The translations under genes and the position numbers were made by a program. DNA of 64,000 bases, from NCBI RefSeq assembly GCF_000143415.4, contig NW_003314262.1:5349876-5413875 (forward strand), given 5' to 3'. Each line of letters starts with the position of its first letter. Position 1 is the first letter of the stretch. This stretch comes from Selaginella moellendorffii (Eukaryota > Plantae > Lycopodiophyta). Shown here one piece after another: positions 56,298-64,000 of the stretch. The notes under the pieces were generated by a model. The model was not told the origin of the DNA, ran no database searches, and worked only from the letters and a program-made list of their open reading frames with translations.

Positions 56298-58600
56298 AAA
56301 ACTCTTAAAACAAAATCTCTAAGATTGCTTACTCTCAACAAGCTTGCATTATAAAATAACGTGGTGGCGATGCAGCGTACATCGGATAAAAGCGTTCAAG
56401 CTGGAAGGAAGCACAGCCAATGCATCACAGAGTAGTTGGAAGGATCTGCAAAATCGTCCCAGGAATTTTTATAGCCGTAGCCTCATCATTGGCAATGACG
56501 CAGCAGCGGCATTCCAGCGACAATGCAAAGAAAGGACTAAAAAGGAGATGGCTGCTTGGCTCCTCCTTCCTACTGTTAGTAGTGCAGTTGCTTCTACTGT
56601 TTCGTAAGGTACTTACTTGACTTTAGTGTTAGCTTGAATGGATGCAGTTGCGCTTTTACTACTCCACAGTGTTGACCACTCTGCTGACGAGAAATCATTC
56701 ATGCAGGTTGTTGTTGCTGAAATCTCCTACAGTAATCGAAGAGTCGGTGTTAGATTCCAAATTAGATTTCAGAGGAAAAAAATTGAAAAACTCTGCACGC
56801 TTCTTCCTTATCATATTATCTCCATGTGTCGAGTGAATAAACTAAGCGCCTCTCATCATGCTGGAACGAACATCGGTGACAGATCTGTCTTTCTGTCTCA
56901 CGAGATTTTTCTAATCCTGCAGCAACTTAGCTTAACTCGAACATGAAGAACTCATGACTACGTATGAAATTAGAAAATTAGAAAATATGAATGGGACCAC
57001 TCACCTTCGTTCGCCCTGTCAAATCGCTTCTGTTTTGCCTGGATAGAGAGCTGTAATAACAAATGTACCTGTATACGCCCAAGAAAAACAACCCTTCTCT
57101 ATGAGCAGCAGACACTATGGATACGCTCTGTGGGAATTGAAACAATTCCCAGCCTGTCGGGCAGGAATGGCTAAATCCCAACATGTGGTCAGCGAGACAA
57201 GACGGCATAGAACACATCCTGTTGGCTTTCCCAGCGTTACTTCCGTTAACAAGAGATGCTTAGTGGAAGAAAAAAGCAGCTACAGACCTGTTACTAGTGC
57301 TGCAAGCTGTAGCATATGTCTCCTCCAAGTTAAAAAACAGAAACTCTTTTCAGAGAGCACTTTTTCGCGTTCACATGCAGCTGGCTGGCTCTGATTCTCA
57401 TCACCACATTTCCATTTGTGTTAGCGGCACATACGTATCTGCTGCTTCGAAATCTCCTGTTTGAGAAAACTGCACAGAACCAAGCAGCGTCGCGTCCTCA
57501 GCGAAAAAGACAAACAAGAAAGACGATAAAGTGAGAGAAAAACAGACAGAGAAGCGAAGAGACGCATAGCCAGAAGCATACCATGCATTATTACCGCATG
57601 TGAGCGTTCCCAGGGCACCAGAAAAAAAAGGAGAGAGAGCAAACAAAACAAAAAAACCTCTTGAAATCCTGAATGACTGAGCTCGTTTCGAGACCGAGAA
57701 AGGAGCTTAATTGAACTTACGGACTAGTCGACCCCAGAAGACGAACGGAGTCAAGGCAGGACTTGTTGAGTTAGAGGAAACCAGCGTGTCAGGCTGATAC
57801 ATAGAAAGAAGAGAAAAGAAAAGTTAAAGCTTCAAGAGGAGGGATGCCTTGGCAAGCTTATGATATGCAATGAGGCAACGGTAGGTGAGGTACCTTCAGA
57901 GCTTATCATGACTTGCTGTATAATAGCTTGACAACAAGCCTCGCCCGCCGCTGCACAAGCTGTATATGCTGTATGGTGTACCACGACGGTTCAGTGCAGC
58001 ACTTCCTCTCTTGCGCAGCGTTCATTAAACCAGGAGGAGGTTGACACCACGAGAAAGAAACACCTGCATATACAAACAAGCGAGTAAATTCGTTACTACA
58101 AAGGCATAATTCTCACATTACCTCCCGGCCTTTCTCAATCACAGCAATGCATAACCGTATTTCTTCTTTAGTTGTCCACCCTCTTTCCCCTGTCTCTCTC
58201 ACACAAACAAATACGAAGACAAATATATCACATTCGATCCACGTACCTCCTATTACGAACCAGATGTTGATGTGCGCAATGCGTGCCTTCTGTAAATGAT
58301 CCTGTGAGGAAAAAGGAGCAAGATATCAACTGGCCAGTGTCTAGGCGCGGAAGCCAGCTTTATGAACCGAAGAGGATCACATATACTGTAAATCTCAGCG
58401 AAGGAACTTGCATTGATTCGCACTTCCTAACAGTTTGCTGCCTGTCAATCCGCCAGGCACCGACCTCAGAATCAAAGAGAGGCCTCTCACTCCGCACAGC
58501 ACCTAACTGTTACAACAGCAGCAAGATCACTCTTAAAGAATCAACCGAGAAACACCAACCAACCTCACGCCGGAGAGTGGACGGGCATCAAGCGAGAGTT

Positions 58601-60375
58601 TCAATCGCCCTGATCAGGAGAAAAGTCCCACAGGTGAAGTCCCGTATCCCGCGAGCTCACGGCAAGGCACGAATCGCTAGCAACCATGTCGTTGTACATG
58701 TACCCCGTCTCCTCCCGCAATGAATACAGATGCTCGCCCGACGAACAATCCCACGCATTGACAGCCCCGGAGAAGCATAGGAACAGCTGTCGAGAATTCA
58801 ATGTGCCAAATAGCTGCTGCATCTGTTCCCGATCATCTGGCCGGAGCCTCGGATTCGCATGCACCCCCGCATGCCGCACCGTCAACACTTCCACCATCGT
58901 CGGCAATTCCCGTATCCGCGCAAGCCCCTCATACGACGCGCTCAGCAACTTGTTCCCTCTCACGTCCATGGCCTCCACGGCATTGTTTTCCGCCTCTTGA
59001 TCCCTCTCCACGATCAGTGGCATCCCATGAGTCCCCAAGTCGTGAACCCTGATCCTCCGCCGGTTGGCAGCGACGAGCAGCTCTTCATTCACTATCCTCA
59101 CGCGGCCAACTCGCCCGGCTCGCTCCACGAGCATATGCCAGCCCCGCATTGCATCATCGTCAGTCATGTTGCCACCCCTGTACACCACCTGCTTTGTGGC
59201 AGCGTCCCACAGCCGGAAGCAGTGCCCGACGCTCCCAGCGTAGAGAGCAATCCACCATCGCTGGCTCGCGGCGAAACTGATGAGTGCCCCGTCCTGGATC
59301 ACTCTCCCCACATGAACTCTCACCCGGTTCCCTCGGCTGGCACTTGCAGTAAACACGTTCCCGTCCACTGACCCAAAAACGATGTCGTCCCCTTGCAGTG
59401 AGATCCCCGCTATGGCTCGGGACAAGGGACCGAAACCCTCCTCCTGGTTGGCTCGTAACGTCCACACGCACGCTTTGGTCTTGAGGTCGAAGACGCGAAG
59501 TGCTCCATCAAAGTGGCCCCCGACCAAGTAGTCATTGGAGATGGCCAGCGAGCGTGGTGGCTCGTAGTGTCTCCCGCCGGTCTCCTCCTCGACGAGGATC
59601 GTGTGACGGGCACGGCCTCGGCGGAAATTCGATGCGGTCGTGTGGGCTCGCTGGAATTCCCGCCGCCAGGAGCGCTCCGGCTGGCGGGCTTGCGTTGGCC
59701 AGACGACGTTGAAAGCGTTCTCCCATAGCAGTTCCGACTGTGAGACAGATCTCCAGACCGAGCAAACCTGGCGGAAAGAAACTTGTATCAGCGAAGAGAT
59801 CTTTATAGAAGAAAATCGCGAGGAGAAGAAAAGCGAGCAAAGATCTTCCCGATCGAAATATCGACACCAAGAACAAGCAATCCGTGCAAGAAGATCGATG
59901 TTTCGAGCAGCGCAGGAAATCTTTCGGGCAGCCAAGCACACAAAGACGTCGATCGATGCATCACGGATGTGGATCCATGCAATGGAAAGCCACAAACCTG
60001 AAATATGCACGCTAGGGTCCGCGACGCCGCCATCGCTCCATGCGCTCTCGCGGCCGCTGCCGCGGCCTCCACGGCGACGGCCTCGACGACAGATTCCGGA
60101 AGGAACGCCGCCGCGCCGCCGGATTCCACCATCGCCGCTGCGCTCAGCCGTCGGGGCGCGCTAGAGGATTCACCGCGAGACCATCGCGATATGGATGAAT
60201 CTTGCGGCGCTGGAGAGGAGGAAGAAGGCTCCGCCGCGGATGAATGGCGGTAATCCCTAGCGCCTTGGCCTTCCTCGGGGAGCTCCTGGCCATTGTCGCC
60301 GCGCCGGCTAGTGGAAGACGTAGTAGTAGCAGCGGTGTTAGGCAACGAAGAAGCAGGCCTATCAGGCTGCCGCAT
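58601..60375 (-). CDS. SAP: STERILE APETALA-like F-box/WD40-like protein, 2 exons (60375-59998, 59767-58601)
   Basis: LPESVVEAVAV...LACIFQ|VCSVWRSVSQSELLW, FGPLSRAIAGI, DGALISFAASQRWWIALYAG...GHCFRLWD, GEHLYSLRE, LHLWDF follow the SAP motif order. The start could instead be at 60132. Confidence 0.9.
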
Positions 60376-61861
60376 TTTTACTGAAGGTGTGTCTCTATGG
60401 TAAGTGTGGCGGCCGTACGTCTGCCCTATTTGTGGGCCGGTTAAAAAGGCCATGGCCAACGGCACGTGTGAGACAGCTTGCCAATTCCCCCGCCGTACGT
60501 ACCGACCCGTCGCGAATTTCGGCCCGTCGCTGTCACGTACGGCCGCCGGCGGCCTAACGAACTCGCCAAGCGCCCTAAAAGGCGAGAGTATATTCCATGC
60601 CTTGGTATCTTTCACATGCCGCCTTCGAATATTCCCATCTCGGGTGTCCGATGTGGAGTCCGAGGTGGAGCCCGAGCTCTCGGGAAACGCGAATTTTTGT
60701 TTCGAGTCACGGTCTGTGAGTGTCAGGTTGACCCCATTCAAAGAAAAAAGAAAAGCTCCCTCGACTGGACGCATGGGAACGCTGCCAAGCTCCTGCCACG
60801 GTACACTAACTCTCATGGCTCTTCCTTTCATCTCGGCTTCCAAAATCCTTGGGCTTAGCGATCACTTTTTTCTAATGCTGCTGCTGCTGTCGTCGCTGGT
60901 CGAGCGACGGGAATTTGCGCTGTTACATGAGTTGCGACGAGTGAGAGAGTTTCAATGCAAAACCCGTGATGAAGTTAAGTGGTTTATCAAATCGAAGTGT
61001 TAGAATCCAGAACCTGGGGTATGTAGTGTAGCTGCCAGAGAGAGCCAAAGGTCTATCATGGAGGCGAGAGGAGCTTGGGTGGCACTGCACACATAATTCT
61101 CGCCCGCATTCTGCGAGAAAACGTCAAGAGCAGCAAAAGGTGAGGCCAAGTGAAGCGAACATTCCTTCCTAGCACCCACCAAAAAAATAGACTTTTGGTA
61201 CTCGCATCGCCCGACGTACTGTCGACCGTGCACTGCGAAGGTTGCTCCTCGAACAGGTTGTTTCCCTGTTCGTGGACAAAGAAAGAAGACGGCTTTTATG
61301 GGTGTTAGCAGCAGTAGAGTAGTACTTGGAAACCTGTTCTTTCTGACTCCTGGAAGAGCTTTGCTTTGCTTGTTTCCTTCCTTTCTGTAGCATAGATCTT
61401 AAAACAAAGCTATCGCCTTAACAAAGTTGGGAGCTCACCTTTTACCGTTCCGTCCTTTCCATGTATGCACCCTGTTTCTACGTAGCAGTAGCTTTATCTC
61501 CTCGAGAAACGATGTCCTGGTTAAGCTGTTGTTATCAGAAGATGCAAGAGCTAACAAAGCTTGCATAGCATACCTCGATAGATATTAGAACGGAATTAAC
61601 ATCGGATTCTTCTAGTTGGGACCTGTGTATGAAAGCAGTCCAAGTTAACCGAACATTCCCTTCTCGCAGCTCCTCTCACGCACATTACTGACTGATCTGA
61701 TATTTCTTGGCTTTGAAGTTGTAAATCCTCTGGTAGTAGTCTATTCAGGCGCATTCACTGGTGGTTCCTGGCACTGCTATAATTGTTGCGAGGATTTCGT
61801 AACCATGAGAACGGGTCTCGGGTGCTCTCGCTATACAATTGCCTCTACTATTGTTAAGTTC

Positions 61862-64000
61862 TCATCTGTATGTAAGGAAGGACGCTAACCCACGCCGGAG
61901 TTCAGCTAGACATTGAAACAACCTTTCCAGCTGAAACTCCGAGGGAAGCTCTACTAGACTGTGTAGCTGCAAGAAAAAAATGTCTTAATGAGAAACTGTA
62001 ACGCGGCGATTTCAGAACAAACCTCCAATCTCCCATTGGAAAAGCTAAGCGAGGACTTTAAAGGTGGGGAGGCCATGGAACAATGTAGGACTTGAAATGC
62101 GTCGGCGTTCATGTTCGTGAGCATTGTTATTTGTTTCCCTCTCGTTTGAATGTGATGAATTCCCAAATCTGCAGCCATTCTCTTCGCATAAATGGTCTTT
62201 AGAAGAGCCTGGTCACAAAACACATTATTTGTAAGCTTTACAACATAATTACGTACCTCTAGAGGTGGTGGTTCCTTTCCTCTTTCACTGCGCAGATTCT
62301 CCGTAAAACGAACAAGATCTTTGATACCTTTTTTCGCCGCTTCCTCAGCTGAATCAGTGACTGCTTCCCACTGCATGCTACTCAAGCTACAGACTTGACA
62401 GTTCGACTCCATTGCAAGCTGCATGCCATTGGTCAGGTCACATAGAAATCCACATGTGTCGTTTTACCTGCACATCTTCGTACTCTAGTTGAGGAAGACT
62501 ATGGTATTGCGCCTAAACCGCAAAGATAGTCAGGAAAAGCTGTGAGAATTAACAGAATTTACCTTCGATATTGCTTCAAAAAGCATTTCTGCGTACAAGT
62601 CGACTCCAACTTTGCTGAATTCCCCGCTCTGTTTCTCGCCAAAAATGCTTCCAATACCTCTAATGGCCATGTCTCTTTCAGCAAGCTGGAAACCTTGGCC
62701 TAGTGCACAACAGTCCTCGAGTGCACTCAATCTTTCCTGGAACGAAAAGTTTCTATATAGAAAGAAGAATTAAGAGACTTTCGTACCAGTGCATCGGAAC
62801 TAAGAAAATCCTTGGGTGGATGCAGCATATAGGCATGCGCTACCTTGTCTGCTCTCCCAACCCGTCCGCGAAGCTGATATATCTGTGCAAGTCCGAACAT
62901 CTGTACATTCTCCACGATAATTGTATTTACAGTTGGAATGTCCAGCCCACTTTCAATAATGTTGGTGCATAAGAGTATGCTCGTCCCCTTTTCAGTAAAC
63001 TTGGTCATTGTTGCCTCCAGCTCAGTTGCACATTTCTGAAGTCGAAATCATATACTTACGTTGAGATGCTCAAAACTTAATCACGGTACCTTGCCATGCG
63101 CAATGGATACTTGTACTCCAGGAACCAGCAATTTGAGTTTCTTTTCGGTGGACTCCATATCTGTAGAAAGGGTCTTAGTGTCATCATCAGTGACCAGCTA
63201 ATAGAGAATCATCACTACTACCTTGAATCCTGGGTACAACATAGAAGACTTGGCCTTGTCGATCCAGTTCAGCCTTGATGGCATCTTTCACCATGTCCTG
63301 AGAGTAGACGCATACATGTGTCTTTATGGGCCGCCTTTCCGGTGGTGGTGTTGTCATCAAGCTGAATAGGGATAACTTCAAGCACATAAGTATAACACTC
63401 TTACGTGCAAAAGGAAAACTACCTTGCATCTCGAAAGCCACTTAATGCCATGTGTAGTGTCCTAGGAATCGGCGTCGCGGACAGAGTCAATATGTCTACT
63501 GTCGTCTTCAGCGTTGAAATCTTCTCTTTTTGAGCAACACCAAATCTCTGGAAAGAAAAAACGAAAAGGTATGCGTAAAAATGCAAAGGCAGGAATGAAT
63601 GTACCTGTTCCTCATCGACAACCAAAAGTCCAACTTTTTCGTACTGTATATTGTTGCCAAGAAGAGAGTGAGTTCCAACGGCAATGTTTACAACCCCATC
63701 GTTGATTCCCGCAATAACCGCTCTCCTATCTACGTTGTTCTGCCATTAAAAAAATTCAAATAAGCATGGAACCTTATAACATAGTTGTGCCATACCTGAA
63801 ACCGGCTGAGAAGAGCCACTTTAATGTCTGGAAAATTTGCAAAACGCTCCTTGATGCTCTCATGGTGCTGCTTAGCAAGTACGGTCGTCGGAGCCAAAAC
63901 CATGACTTGCTTCTTTGCGGAGACTGCGTAGAATATTGCACGCATAGCAACTTCAGTCTTTCCAAAACCAACATCCCCACAAATAAGCCTGTCCATTGGC
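61862..64000 (-). CDS. Mfd/TRCF-like superfamily-2 helicase (plastid type), 3' part only
   Basis: [56 protein letters not shown]. Runs off the window. Confidence 0.94.

Noticed and set aside
60376-60843. In-frame upstream extension of SAP exon 1
   Set aside because: It has a non-ATG start and promoter-like sequence, with no similarity to SAP.
60880-61850. Possible ncRNA (a C-box-like GTGATGA near 60966) between SAP and Mfd
   Set aside because: I could not support a terminal stem, a D box at a plausible distance, a guide sequence or a hairpin.
20767-64000. Bacterial-looking genes (KdtA, Mfd) as recent HGT or contamination
   Set aside because: Both are intron-rich and belong to known endosymbiont-derived plant nuclear gene families.

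Overview
Compact, intron-rich land-plant nuclear DNA. Very short introns, intergenic gaps of 100-300 bp and flagellar-type genes fit a lycophyte such as Selaginella; this is inferred, not proven. Two gene-dense arms flank a central transposon island (about 24.7-44 kb, with an assembly gap at 25852-26725). The left arm encodes a DNL zinc-finger chaperone, a Dabb protein, two unusual tRNA-Phe(GAA) genes, a run of gene fragments, a GDSL lipase, a SPAG1/RPAP3-type TPR co-chaperone, an SMPD4-like protein, a vasohibin, a HAD 5'-nucleotidase, a tiny spliced Arg-rich protamine-like ORF, KdtA and a PORR protein. The island holds a young Ty3/gypsy element (174-bp LTRs, a -1 frameshift site with a pseudoknot). 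A non-autonomous element with satellite-bearing 1.9-kb LTRs is nested inside it, and heavily C>T-mutated older copies of both families lie elsewhere in the window. The right arm encodes GME, ELP2, a DRM methyltransferase, nitrobindin plus a pseudogene copy, a DPPF methyltransferase, two tRNA-Val genes, a STERILE APETALA-like F-box protein and a partial Mfd-like helicase. The strongest candidates for new biology are the protamine-like gene beside other sperm/flagellum-type genes and the non-cytosolic-type tRNA-Phe pair. All family assignments are by-eye motif recognition; no database search was run.
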